From: an uncultured bacterium | GTDB taxonomy: Bacteria; 4484-113 | Assembly (NCBI GenBank): GCA_963749125.1 | Contig: CAVVLL010000001.1 | Location: 53,724 to 117,723 of the forward strand | Direction: 5' to 3' | DNA: 64,000 bases | In this document: in pieces, positions 39,213 through 50,043 of the stretch | How positions within the stretch are numbered: the first letter of the stretch is position 1 | Layout: each line of letters starts with the position of its first letter | Position numbers and translations under genes: made by a program | The notes under the pieces: generated by a model | What the model saw: only the letters and a program-made list of their open reading frames with translations | Database searches by the model: none | Told to the model about the DNA's origin: nothing

Positions 39213-39320
39213 CGTGTCTCCTCCAAATTAATGGTCGCCCATTTTCGCACAAATACCCATGTTCTAGAGAATTCCTATGCTAAAATGCTCCTAGGGAATC
39301 CATCCGTAGGAGCGGGAAGT

Positions 39321-39812
39321 ATGAAGTTACAGCTACACAGCCTGTCGCCGTTGCAAATCATGCTTGCGGGGATCGCAGCTTTATCCCTGCTGGCCGCATG
39401 TTCAACCACGCACGTCCCAATTTCCGAGGCTGCCCTTCCTGGCCAAGTGAAATTGGCGTCCGACGTCCCGCCAACACCCGTCAAATCAGTAAACGTCCCG
39501 CCATTGGGTGAGGCCAATCAGGTTAGAACCATCGGCTACCATATTGACGGCCTCGGCGATTATAACCTAACCTGGCGCTACCGGCTGCTCGGAGACTACA
39601 ACCTCACGCTTAATGTTGACGTCTCCGATATAACTCCAATCGCGATGCACTTCGGCGAGACATGGGACCCCCTCGTCAATCCGGACAGCGCGGCTTCGGT
39701 CGTTGACGGAAGCGGGAATCTCACCGTCGGCGTAGAGGATATCACGCAGATTGCGATGAACTACAACCGCCGTTGCGTCTCCTACCGGGTTGAAGGCTCA
39801 GGCCGCAATTGA
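39321..39812 (+). CDS. Lipoprotein with a dockerin-like duplicated Ca-binding-type segment
   Basis: Lipobox LLAAC. Two segments NVDVSDITPIAMHFG / VVDGSGNLTVGVEDITQIAMNY resemble dockerin repeats. Confidence 0.45.
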   Translation: MKLQLHSLSPLQIMLAGIAALSLLAACSTTHVPISEAALPGQVKLASDVPPTPVKSVNVPPLGEANQVRTIGYHIDGLGDYNLTWRYRLLGDYNLTLNVDVSDITPIAMHFGETWDPLVNPDSAASVVDGSGNLTVGVEDITQIAMNYNRRCVSYRVEGSGRN

Positions 39813-40296
39813 CGGCATTTATGCCGAAGTCGGCAACGCCCCCTGCCCCACCGGATCGTCGGTGGACTTGGGCTGGCCGGAAATCGCCTTCAGCTTAGGC
39901 GCTACTCCAGCATACGAATGGTACCGCGTAGTGCCATTAGATAATGAAGGAGTCGCCGGGATAGAAAGCATCCCTGTCCATTTCGTCCCGGGCGGGGGCG
40001 GCGGCTTAATTATCAACCTAGTATCAATCGCTGAAAGCGGCACGGGCATGGAAGCGGACCCCTTCGTCATCCTCACCGGCACCGCCTACGAGATAGCGGT
40101 TGAAGATGAACACGGCAACCCGATAACCGAGGGAATTGAATTGCACGTCCAGCCCCCCTTCCTTGCCGAAGCCACTTCAACCTCTCCATTCACTATTACC
40201 CACAATGGGACTGTGACGGGCGACTTCTACGTTTACGCCACATCAGGAAGCCTGTTCAGTAACAGGCTGTATTTCCGAATACCCGGCTTGCCGTAA
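39790..40296 (+). CDS. Hypothetical protein (TTG start). Possibly the frameshifted continuation of 39321..39812.
   Basis: The ORF overlaps the upstream gene end by 23 nt in another frame. Confidence 0.35.
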   Translation: MKAQAAIDGIYAEVGNAPCPTGSSVDLGWPEIAFSLGATPAYEWYRVVPLDNEGVAGIESIPVHFVPGGGGGLIINLVSIAESGTGMEADPFVILTGTAYEIAVEDEHGNPITEGIELHVQPPFLAEATSTSPFTITHNGTVTGDFYVYATSGSLFSNRLYFRIPGLP

Positions 40297-40345
40297 GCCT
40301 GGCTAAAAACAACGCATAGTGTAATCTGGACGGAGGTAAGTCCAC

Positions 40346-43168
40346 ATGAGGACAGTAATCACGTTCATTATCGCAGCCTTAGCGCTAGCCATTCTCTTTG
40401 CCCTCTACTCCTGCGGAGGACATTCCCGCAAGGCTGTGACTTTAGCTAACACGGCTCCAATCGCCGCTCCGGCGGGGCAGCTATCTCTTAGCGTGAGTTG
40501 GCCACAGTCGCTGCCGGTTGACAAGCTCCAGCCCTGGGAGACGCTAGACGGTTCAGGCCGCTTGGCAAGCAGTATCAACCTGCAATCCCAGTTCGTCCCC
40601 GGCGCAGACCGCTTCCTTGAAGCTGGCGATGTGGTCAACCTTGGCGAGGCCTCGCGATTTGCCTCGGGAACTGCCGGCAACCGTGAAGTCTCATATGCCC
40701 TCTACCGAATACCAATGGGCTCGGAGCAACCGGGAACTATCGCCGCCGACGTGAACATCCTCGCCGGCGCTGAATACTACCTCGGCGTGGCCGACTACTC
40801 CGCCAACACCTGGCGCTGGCACGGCCCCTTCGCCGCTAACCATGTCCGCGTATCCCTGCCCGACTATGCATACACCAGCTCGCTGGGTAACTTATTCCTC
40901 GCGGCTGTGGCGTTTGACGGCTCTTCCTTTGACCTGGTCGGCCTGGGTGTGAACGCACGCGACTATGCTGACACTACGCCACCGCCAGCGCTTGCCGATG
41001 CGCCGTGGGTATCACCCTACAACGGAATGGTTCTAGTGGAATGGCCGCAGGTTGTAGCCTCTGACCTTGCAGGCTACCGCGTATACATAAATGGCGAAGA
41101 CGCTCTCGGCTACATAGAAGGCGGGACCGATGTCGCAGTGCCCACCGATGACGTTGTGGATGTAGCCGTAAGCGCAGTGGATATCAGCGGTAACGAGAGC
41201 GCCCCATCACCCGTTACAACGCAGGGGATGCCTGCTGGCACACCACCGGCTTGTCAGCTAATATCTTCCTCCGCATCCGGCATGCGCGGTGACATCATCG
41301 CCCTAACAGCATCCGGCGGCGACACCTACGACTGGGACATTGACGGCGACGGCAACTGGGATATGGTCGGCGTCACCGACACAAACGCCTTCGCCAACAC
41401 CACCAACATGGGCATCATCCGCCCGCGCATCTACGCGCATACCGCTGACGGCGGCTTCTGGATGGGCGCGGTGAGCCTCGTGATCGCAGGGAACTCGCGG
41501 CCGGTGGTCATGGCTACTGCGGACGTTATGTCCGGCCCTGCGCCTCTCAACGTTAACTTCTCGCTGATAGCTGAAGACGATGACGGCACAATCGTGGAAT
41601 ACGCCTGGGACTTTGAAGGCGACGGCATCTTCGACGCCACCTCGCCGGTCAATCCCACTCCCCTGCCATTCAGTTACCCCGCGACCGGAATGTATAACGC
41701 CAAGTTCCGCGTAACCGACAATGAAGGCGGATGGGACGTGGATACCGTCGCCATAAATGTCGCCGGAAGCCTTCCGCCCGTCGCCCTGCTAAACCTGAAC
41801 ACCGAGAAGGCATTCATGGGAGACTATGAAAGCGATGAGATTGTCTTCAACGCATCCGCAAGCTACGACCCCGACGGCGGGGCTCTTGAATATGCTTGGG
41901 ACTTGGACGGCAACGGCTTCTTCACTGCTTTCGGTGGTAACTCATCGCAGGCTAGGGTTTATACATCTCCAGGAACCCACCTCGCCAGCGTCCGCGTCCG
42001 TGACCCGCAAGGGATGGTGGCTGAGGCTTCGCGGCAAGTCTATGTTTACCGCTATATCTCTCATCTCGTAAACTCTGCAATCAGCGGCCGATATCCATCT
42101 CTTAGGGATGTTGGCGGCAAGCCTGCTATCGCGTTCTATGATTATACAAATAAAGATTTGATGTACGCGCGGGCTTCAACGGCTTCGCCATCAAGCACTG
42201 ATAATTGGCAGGTCCATTCTATCGATACAACGGACGACGTTGGGTCTCAGCCCTCGCTAGTTATCTTGACTGATGGCAATCCGGCGATGGTTTATCTGGA
42301 CCAGACTAATGGCTTGCTGAAGTTCGCACATTCAAACACAACCATCCCCGATAGCTCAGGTTACTGGTCAATACACACCGTCGTAGCAGCTAACGCAGCA
42401 ACGATGTGGGAAGATATCAGTTGCCAGTTGTGCCGCGGAGTTCCTATCATCTCTTACTATGATACTGCTACCCAAGACCTAAAATTCGCCAGGTCAACAC
42501 TGGAAATCCCCACTGCCACCGTGGATTGGGCTACACATACAATTGACAGCGGCGGCGCTGTAGGGCCGTACTCCGCTCTTTCAATAGTGACCACTGCAAC
42601 CGGCGAGTTGCCCGCGATTTACTACTACAATTCGACAAACGGCGACATCAAATATGCTCGCGCCAACTTATGGCCGCCTTCGGGTGCCGGTGATTGGACT
42701 ATTTACACACTCGACGATGGCGGCGGCAATTCTGTTGGCCAATACACCATTGGTGCCCTTCCCGATCCGGGGATTAACAATGGCAATCCTGTCGTGGTCT
42801 ATTTTGATGATACAGCTATGGACTGCAAAATAGCTTTGGCAAACACCCTTGAACCGTCCTCTTCCGCAGATTGGAACATCTACGTCCTGCGCGACGGTTC
42901 ATGGTACGTTGGCTTGAGCGCTTCGGTGCTACGCTATGGAGGAAGGCTCTTTGTCAGCTTCGGCGACCATGACAGTGAATACACATGGCTTGCGAAAGCT
43001 ATTGTCGGCAATCCAACATCTGTATCCGACTGGTGGTTCCACAGGATTGATGGCTCGTCATCAACCGATTGGTTCGGTACAAGCCTCGCGCTGGTGGACG
43101 GCAAGCCTATGCTTGCATATTACCAATACAGCTATTATCGGCTGAACATAGCTGTGCCTACGCTATAA
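40346..43168 (+). CDS. Large surface lipoprotein with an N-terminal domain, FN3-like domain, PKD domains and seven C-terminal repeats of about 52 aa (putative beta-propeller)
   Basis: Lipobox LYSC. PKD signatures EYAWDFEGDG and EYAWDLDGNG. C-terminal repeats of the form PSL...G.P.IAYYD.TN.DLKYA...P....DW..H.ID. 940 aa. Confidence 0.7.
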   Translation: MRTVITFIIAALALAILFALYSCGGHSRKAVTLANTAPIAAPAGQLSLSVSWPQSLPVDKLQPWETLDGSGRLASSINLQSQFVPGADRFLEAGDVVNLGEASRFASGTAGNREVSYALYRIPMGSEQPGTIAADVNILAGAEYYLGVADYSANTWRWHGPFAANHVRVSLPDYAYTSSLGNLFLAAVAFDGSSFDLVGLGVNARDYADTTPPPALADAPWVSPYNGMVLVEWPQVVASDLAGYRVYINGEDALGYIEGGTDVAVPTDDVVDVAVSAVDISGNESAPSPVTTQGMPAGTPPACQLISSSASGMRGDIIALTASGGDTYDWDIDGDGNWDMVGVTDTNAFANTTNMGIIRPRIYAHTADGGFWMGAVSLVIAGNSRPVVMATADVMSGPAPLNVNFSLIAEDDDGTIVEYAWDFEGDGIFDATSPVNPTPLPFSYPATGMYNAKFRVTDNEGGWDVDTVAINVAGSLPPVALLNLNTEKAFMGDYESDEIVFNASASYDPDGGALEYAWDLDGNGFFTAFGGNSSQARVYTSPGTHLASVRVRDPQGMVAEASRQVYVYRYISHLVNSAISGRYPSLRDVGGKPAIAFYDYTNKDLMYARASTASPSSTDNWQVHSIDTTDDVGSQPSLVILTDGNPAMVYLDQTNGLLKFAHSNTTIPDSSGYWSIHTVVAANAATMWEDISCQLCRGVPIISYYDTATQDLKFARSTLEIPTATVDWATHTIDSGGAVGPYSALSIVTTATGELPAIYYYNSTNGDIKYARANLWPPSGAGDWTIYTLDDGGGNSVGQYTIGALPDPGINNGNPVVVYFDDTAMDCKIALANTLEPSSSADWNIYVLRDGSWYVGLSASVLRYGGRLFVSFGDHDSEYTWLAKAIVGNPTSVSDWWFHRIDGSSSTDWFGTSLALVDGKPMLAYYQYSYYRLNIAVPTL

Positions 43169-43213
43169 CTGGAAGTACATTTCGCTTCGGCGATCTCGAT
43201 GGAGGTGTGTTCT

Positions 43214-46043
43214 ATGAAAAGGCTATTCGTTTTAATCTTTGGGGTTGTGGTTTTGGCGTTCATTGTCGCATTGACTGCATGTGGTGGAAACACTCGCAAG
43301 GCTACAGCTATCCCCGTGCTTTCGCCTGATTACGCCACAATGCTACAGCCGACGGCTAACTTGAGCTGGCCACAGTCGCTTCCGGTTGACAATCTCCAGC
43401 CTTGGGAAACGCTGGATGGCTCGGGACGATTGGTAAGCAGTATTAACCTGCAATCCCAGTTCGTTCCCGGCGCAGACAGATTCCTTGAAGCAGGCACAGT
43501 TACCGACTTAGGTGAAGCTTCTCGTTTCAACTCAGGCGATGTCGGCAACCGCGAAGTCTCATATGCCATTTACCGCATCCCGATGGGTGCTGAGCAGCCG
43601 GGGACCATCGCCGCCGATGTAAATGTTTACATCACAAGCGACTACTACGTCGGGATTGCTGACTACTCCGCCAACACATGGCGCTGGCACGGCCCATTCA
43701 AAGCGAACCATGTCCGCATTCCCCTGCCCGACCACGAATACACCAGCACTCTGGGCAACCTGATGCTGGCGGTCGTCGCATTTGACGGCGCAATGTTTGA
43801 CCTGGTAGGCCTGGGCGTGAACGCACGCGACTATGCCGACTCAACAGCGCCTGACGCCCCTCCTGCCCCGGTACTCACGCCAATCCCCGGCGGCTTGCTG
43901 GTGGAATGGCTGCCAGTGGTCGCTTCCGACTTGGCGGGCTACCGAAATCTACGCCAACGGGGCAGAGGCGCTGGGATACGTTGAGGGCGGAACCTCAGTT
44001 GTCATTCCTGCTGCTGGCCTTACTGAAATCAGGCTGCGCTCGGTGGATGTCTCCGGCAACGAAAGCGATTTCTCTGAGCCTGCTTCTGCGGGCGCGATGG
44101 AAGGCTACTTGCTCAACGTCATCCTGGCTACCACGGCAGCGTCAGGGCGCAGGGGCGAAATCATCGCGCTTAACGCCATTGGCGGCGAATCTTACGACTG
44201 GGACGTTGATGGCGATGGGACTTACGACGTCACCGGCGACCTGACTGGCACCGCGTTCGTCAACACCGATAGCTTAGGCATCATCCGCCCGTCTGTCCGT
44301 GGACACCACTCTAACGGCAGCTTCTGGATGGCTGCGGTGAGCCTGATTATCTCCGGCAATTCGCGGCCGGTGGCGATGGCGACGGTAGATATTGCGTCCG
44401 GCCCCGCCCCTCTGATGGTGAATTTCACCATTGTCGGTGAAGATGATGATGGGACTATCGTTGAGTATGCCTGGGACTTTGAGGGTGACGGCATCTTTGA
44501 CGCTACCTCGCCGGTCAATCCCACTCCTTTGCCATTCAGCTACCCCGCGACCGGAATGTATAACGCGAAGTTCCGAGTGACCGACAACGATGGCGGATGG
44601 GACGTGGATACCGTCGCCATAAATGTCGCCGGAAGCCTTCCGCCAGTCGCCCTGCTTAACCTGAATACCGAGAAGGCCTACATGGGCGAGCTTGCTCCAA
44701 GTGACGAGATTATCTTCAACGCATCCGCAAGCTACGACCCTGACGGGGGCTCACTTGAATACGCCTGGGACTTGGACGGCAACGGCTTCTTTACCGGCTT
44801 CGGGCCAGGTGCGATTATTGCTCAGGCGTATAATGCGCCGGGAACTTACCAGGCTGCAGTCCGCGTCCGCGACGCTCAGGGCATGGTAACCGAGGCTTCG
44901 CGCCAAGTGTATGTTTACCGCTGGAAGCGCTACAGCATTGATTCTACTTCATCCCCTATGCGGCCTTCAATTGCCATATCTGCAGGATATCCTGTATGCG
45001 CATATTACGGGAGCGGAGCGCAAGACTTGATGTTCGCTTATGCGACTACTAAATACCCAACCAGCAATTCTGACTGGCGCAGTTACGCGATAGAAACTAC
45101 GAATGCGGTAGGAGATTGGCCGTCGTTAGTGGTTTTAGGTGATGGCACCCTTGCAGTCTCGTACTCCGACGCTTCGAACGGTGACTTGAGATTTGCGTAT
45201 TCAAACTCCGCCTTACCAATTTCAAATGCTGATTGGTCCATATACCCGATAGACACAGGGGGATCCGTAGGTCTCTACAGCTCAATAGCACTTCGTGATG
45301 GATACCCCATCATTAGCTATTACGACTCTACTAATAGCGACTTGAAGTACGCCGAGTCTTCAGTGACAAATCCGACTTCCGCGCTTGAATGGGTCACCCA
45401 TACGGTTGACGACGGTACTAATGTTGGCCAATACACGCGTATGTGCGTTGTATCAACACCTACTCTGCTTCCTGCTATTGCATACTATGACCCAGGCAAT
45501 CAATCGTTGAAGTATGCCCGCGCAACTATCTCATCGCCCACTTCGTCTAGCGACTGGATTATCCACACTTTAGCAACCGGAGCGCAAGCTGGATACGCTG
45601 GCTTGGGTGCGCTACAGTATCCCGGCACCACTAACGGGAATCCAGTAGTAGCCTATATTGATTGGGATAACTACGATTTGAGAATTGCCACTGCAAACGT
45701 CTTGGAGCCTTCCGGCCCAGGGGATTGGAACGATTACATCCTTGACGATGGAATAAACTTCTATATCGGCCATTCAGCTACGGTCATGAAACATGCAGGC
45801 AGGCTGTACGTTGCCTACAACGATATGGATGATTATATCTATGATCTGAAGCTTGCGAAATCCAAAGTGGCTAATCCGGCTTCACCATCAGACTGGACAC
45901 TCCATACCGTGGACTCAAGCTATGCCTTCATTGACTGGTGGGGAATCAGCATGACGCTGCAGGATGGAAAAGTTGTTTTGTCATATGGGAATGATAGTGG
46001 TTTGGGCCGACAAATCAGCATCGCCATTCCGGCTCTTGAATAA
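43214..46043 (+). CDS. Paralogous large PKD/repeat lipoprotein, interrupted by a 1-nt frameshift near 43944-43947
   Basis: Same architecture as 40346..43168. ORFs 43199..43984 and 43833..46043 join if one base is restored in ...ggctaccga(g)aaatctac... (DLAGYR | EIYANGAEA). Confidence 0.6.
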
Positions 46044-46093
46044 ACGTCCGCTTCTTTGAGGAGTGGGCTGTAATTTGCCTGACTGGGGCGCGC

Positions 46094-46130
46094 TTTCATC
46101 GCGAAGGCGCGCCCTTCTTTATGTGGCCGC
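46094..46130 (+). terminator. Putative intrinsic terminator
   Basis: ggggcgcgc-tttcatcgcgaag-gcgcgccc followed by ttctttatg. Confidence 0.5.
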
Positions 46131-46201
46131 GCTAGGCAGGCGTTGCAGGAATCTCATGGGTGCTGAATAGCGAAAGCCTGCCGGAGGGCAGGCATAAAAA
46201 A

Positions 46202-46318
<117 letters not shown>

Positions 46319-46324
46319 ACAGTG

Positions 46325-46352
46325 ATTATACAACACCTAATGCGCGTGTCAA
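46325..46352 (-). promoter_or_regulatory. Consensus sigma70-type promoter driving the 5S rRNA
   Basis: The minus strand reads TTGACA-cgcgcattaggtgttg(16)-TATAAT-cactg, then the 5S 5' end. Confidence 0.6.
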
Positions 46353-46379
46353 GAGGTTTGCGCGCGGATTCTTGTTTTT

Positions 46380-46610
46380 CTAAGCCTCGCCGGGTTTTCC
46401 CTTTATGGGCGGGGTTTGCAGCGGCTGCTTCTTGGCCTGCGACATCATGGCGTTGATAAAGCGCATCTTCTCAATCTCAAGGACTGAGACCACGCGCATG
46501 TCGTTGGTCTTGCCCTCCACTTTGACCTCAACGCTGCCGTCGTTATAGAACTGGATGTTTATCACATACGAGCCTGCGACTTCACGCTGCTTTGGCATTG
46601 CGCCCTCCAT
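46380..46610 (-). CDS. Hypothetical small protein (76 aa)
   Basis: ORF with a start codon abutting the rdgB stop. No motif. Confidence 0.45.
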   Translation of the reverse strand: MEGAMPKQREVAGSYVINIQFYNDGSVEVKVEGKTNDMRVVSVLEIEKMRFINAMMSQAKKQPLQTPPIKGKPGEA

Positions 46611-47218
46611 TAGCGAGCTAGATATTCGGCGATAAGGTTAAGCGTCTTGGCGCGGTGGCTTATAGGCGCCTTCTTCTCCAGGCCGCATTCGCCGAAAGTG
46701 CAGCCGTAAGGCGGGTAGTAAAAGACCGGGTCATATCCAAAGCCGTTGTTGCCGCTTGGCCGAGTGGAGATGGTCCCGCGCACCTCGCCCTGGGCTTCAG
46801 CGAGAATATCCGTTCCGCGCACCAGCGCCATTGCCGACACAAACCGCGCTGCCCTGCTCTCCTCGTCCAGGCATCCGGCCTCGCGCAGCTTTGTAAGGAC
46901 GATGGCCATGCGCTCGGGGTCGGTTGGCGCGATGCGGCTTGAGTTCACGCCGGGAAAGCCGCCCAGCGAGAATACTTCCAGCCCCGCGTCTTCCGCAAGC
47001 ACCAGAGTGCCGTAAGCCAGGTGTTTCGCGAGCGCCATTGAGTAATACAGGGCTTTAGCGCGGGCGTTCTCGGCAAAGGTGGTTCCCGGCTCCGGCGGCT
47101 CTAGGACTTGCGGGAAATCTTCAAGCCCAAGGATGATCACCCGTCCGGCAAGCCTCACAATCACTTCCCGCAGTTTGCCCTTGTTGCTGGTGCCGAATAG
47201 AACTTTAGGTAAAAACAA
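46610..47218 (-). CDS. rdgB: Non-canonical purine NTP pyrophosphatase (RdgB/HAM1)
   Basis: FGTSNKGKLRE, GFGYDPVF and SHRAKT motifs. Confidence 0.85.
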   Translation of the reverse strand: MFLPKVLFGTSNKGKLREVIVRLAGRVIILGLEDFPQVLEPPEPGTTFAENARAKALYYSMALAKHLAYGTLVLAEDAGLEVFSLGGFPGVNSSRIAPTDPERMAIVLTKLREAGCLDEESRAARFVSAMALVRGTDILAEAQGEVRGTISTRPSGNNGFGYDPVFYYPPYGCTFGECGLEKKAPISHRAKTLNLIAEYLAR

Positions 47219-47304
47219 TGCGCTCCCTCGTTAGCCCATCCTAGGCCTGATTGCGCTATTATACTGCGCGCCTGCTGGGGTGTAAACGCGGCGGCGGCAA
47301 TGAA

Positions 47305-48678
47305 ATGGCTAAAGGAAATACTCACAGTATCGCCTACCGGCTCTACCCGCTGAATTGGTTTCGGCTTGGGCTGATAGACAAATACACGCTCCATTACTTC
47401 AGCCTGGGCTCAATACTGGGCGGGCTGTCCGGGGGGCTGTGGGCGATTTCGGCCATCGTGCTCAAGAAAACCCTTGAAGGCAGCAACTTTGAGGTCACCA
47501 TCTTCTCCATGATCGGGCCCATCACCGCGCTTTTCGCCATCTTCGCGGCGGAGTGGATGCGCGGGCGCGATAAGCGTAAGTTCATCTTGTGGTCGGGGCT
47601 GTATGGACGGCTGCCAATGATGCTGATGCTGTTTATCTCAGACAGTACAGTGTTCATCCTGCTTGCATTTCTCAGCATGATATGCGGCTCGGTGCTTACC
47701 CCCGCGACCAATTCGCTCTTGCAAACGAACCTTACGCGCAACACCCTGGGGAAGATGTACGGCTGGCTAACTGTCTTAAGCACTGCGACGCTCATGATTT
47801 CCACCGTCGCCAGTGGTTACATCCTCACCTGGAACCCTTCGTCATACCACTGGCTCTTTGCACTGTCAGCGCTGCTCGGTATCGCATCAAGCACGGTCAC
47901 CGCCAAAATCAGGCCTAGAACGACCGCATACCAGGGCGAGCGGACTCTGCACCTGCGCCACATTCCGTTCATCAAAGTCCTGCGCACCAGCTTCATCGTC
48001 CCGTTAAGAAGTAACGCAGTAATTATGGTCCGTAATAAGGGCTTCGCGCTGTTTGAGCGCAACTTCTTCCTATACGGCATGGCGTTCATGGTGCTGCTGC
48101 CGATAGTCCCAATCTTCCTTGTAGAGAGAATGAACATTTCGTATGACGAAGCGGGCATGGCACTCGGCCTCTTCAGCGAAATAGGGCTGCTCGTAATGAC
48201 GCCGATATTTGCTGTCATTTACGACCGGCTGCATCCTGTTTCCTTCTCCAGATGGATATTCCTGTTGCTTGGCTTCTACCCGCTGACATTGCTCGCATCT
48301 GGTGTCCTCTCCGAGGCCACCAACACTCCGCCGATATTCTGGGCCTACATCGCATACCTCATTTTCGGCTTCGGGATGGCGGGCCTGAGCCTCGTATGGA
48401 TGCTCGGCTCTATCCACTTCGCGGGCAACGATGATGCCACGCCGTATAGCGGCATTCACACGACTCTCGTCGGCTTACGCGGGATGATTGGGCCTATGAT
48501 AGGCTATCTCATATACTCATACCTGGGCCCCAGATATGGCGCAGATGCGGTGTTCATCCTTGGTGCGGTGCTGTTCTGGCTAGCTTCATTCCTCATGTGG
48601 AAGCTATACCGCGATATCCGCGCTGGCAGGATTACCGACCCTTCCTTCAACGTAACTGCCCCCGCCCCGCCGGCTTAG
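47305..48678 (+). CDS. Major facilitator superfamily (MFS)-type transporter
   Basis: 12 predicted transmembrane segments. The ORF track starts at 47251; an internal ATG at 47305 is more plausible. Confidence 0.6.
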   Translation: MAKGNTHSIAYRLYPLNWFRLGLIDKYTLHYFSLGSILGGLSGGLWAISAIVLKKTLEGSNFEVTIFSMIGPITALFAIFAAEWMRGRDKRKFILWSGLYGRLPMMLMLFISDSTVFILLAFLSMICGSVLTPATNSLLQTNLTRNTLGKMYGWLTVLSTATLMISTVASGYILTWNPSSYHWLFALSALLGIASSTVTAKIRPRTTAYQGERTLHLRHIPFIKVLRTSFIVPLRSNAVIMVRNKGFALFERNFFLYGMAFMVLLPIVPIFLVERMNISYDEAGMALGLFSEIGLLVMTPIFAVIYDRLHPVSFSRWIFLLLGFYPLTLLASGVLSEATNTPPIFWAYIAYLIFGFGMAGLSLVWMLGSIHFAGNDDATPYSGIHTTLVGLRGMIGPMIGYLIYSYLGPRYGADAVFILGAVLFWLASFLMWKLYRDIRAGRITDPSFNVTAPAPPA

Positions 48679-48712
48679 CCACGAGAAGCTTTGCCCTGCT
48701 ATAATTCTTCGC

Positions 48713-50041
48713 ATGCCGAACATAGAAACCCTACGTGATTACATGCTACGCCTAAAGGGCGCGAACATCGGTGACACCGAGCTTTACTGCGTTGAAGGCG
48801 AAAGCACGCGCGTGTCCGTGCGCGACCGTAAAGTTGAAAACGTGCAGCAAAGCCGCAGTTGCGGGCTGGGCATCCGCGCGCTGAAAGAAGGCCGCCTTGC
48901 GTTCACGCACACGACCGACTTGTCTCCCGCAGGCATTGACGCAGCGGCGAAGAGCCTCGCGGATTTCCTTGCGGTTACCGAGCCCGACGAGCACAACAAG
49001 CTCGCCGACCCGCAGACGCCCGCAGTGAAAGTGCTTGACGCCAACGACGGTGGGCAGGCAGACGCCGCCGTGCTGTCGGACCACGCGCGCGATATGGCAG
49101 CATTCGCGCTGTCGGTTGAGCATGTGTCGCTCGCGGAGGCGCGCGTTGACGCGCACCACACCCGCGTGAACCTGCTGAACTCGCTGGGCGTTGACCTGTC
49201 GTCGGAAAGCACGATGTATGAAGCGCTGACGAAGGCGCATGCGCACAAGGGCGACCTCAAGGAAGTCGCATATTCCTATGCAGCGGCGCGCCATTACGCC
49301 GACCTCTATCCCTCATGCCGCATCGGCGGCGAGGCCGCGGAGTGGGCACGCGACAAGCTGGGCGCGGAGCCCCTCCCCACCGGCGACCGCCCCATCGTGT
49401 TCATGCCGATGGCGGGCGGCAGCATCGTTGAGTATCTCGCCGGCGCGCTAAACGGCGAGATGGTCAACATGGGCGTGACGTTCATGACCGGCAAGCTCAA
49501 CGAGCAAATCGCCTCGGAGCTGGTGCACCTCATTGAAGACCCGCTGATGAAGCGCAGCGTTGAGAGCAGCGCATGGGACGGCGAAGGCACGCCGACCGCA
49601 CGCAAGCACGTCATAAGGAAAGGCATCCTCACCACCTACTTCCACAATATCAAGTCGGCCTCCAAGGCTGGCGTCGTGACAACCGCCAACGCATCGCGCG
49701 GCGGTTTTGCCTCAATGCCCGGCATCGGCAACCTCGGGCTGTTCATGGAAGAGGGCAAGACACCGGTTTCGCAGCTCATCGGCGAAGTGGAAGACGGGCT
49801 GCTCGTCTATATGATGATGGGTCACGGCCCCGACATGTCCACCGGCATGCTCTCAATGGGCGCGTCCGGCTGGCACATCAAAGACGGCAAAATCGGCAAG
49901 CCGGTCAGCAAGGTCACCATCGCGGGCAACATGATCGACCTGTTCAAGAACATTGACGCGGTCGGGAACGACCTTGACCTTGCGCGGCCATACCGCACGC
50001 CGACGTTCCGCGTCTCCAAGATGAGCGTCAGCGGAAGCTAA
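48713..50041 (+). CDS. TldD/PmbA-family peptidase (third homologue in the window)
   Basis: 442 aa. Family-typical N-terminal layout and a C-terminal GxGxxxxG-like Gly-rich region (MMGHGPDMSTGMLSMGASGWHIKDGK). Confidence 0.75.
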   Translation: MPNIETLRDYMLRLKGANIGDTELYCVEGESTRVSVRDRKVENVQQSRSCGLGIRALKEGRLAFTHTTDLSPAGIDAAAKSLADFLAVTEPDEHNKLADPQTPAVKVLDANDGGQADAAVLSDHARDMAAFALSVEHVSLAEARVDAHHTRVNLLNSLGVDLSSESTMYEALTKAHAHKGDLKEVAYSYAAARHYADLYPSCRIGGEAAEWARDKLGAEPLPTGDRPIVFMPMAGGSIVEYLAGALNGEMVNMGVTFMTGKLNEQIASELVHLIEDPLMKRSVESSAWDGEGTPTARKHVIRKGILTTYFHNIKSASKAGVVTTANASRGGFASMPGIGNLGLFMEEGKTPVSQLIGEVEDGLLVYMMMGHGPDMSTGMLSMGASGWHIKDGKIGKPVSKVTIAGNMIDLFKNIDAVGNDLDLARPYRTPTFRVSKMSVSGS

Positions 50042-50043
50042 TC

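Noticed and set aside
46094-46200. A possible remnant of a 23S rRNA 3' end next to the 5S gene
   Set aside because: The flanks are a protein-coding gene end with its own terminator on one side and a promoter plus a small ORF on the other. Nothing resembling 23S sequence is present.
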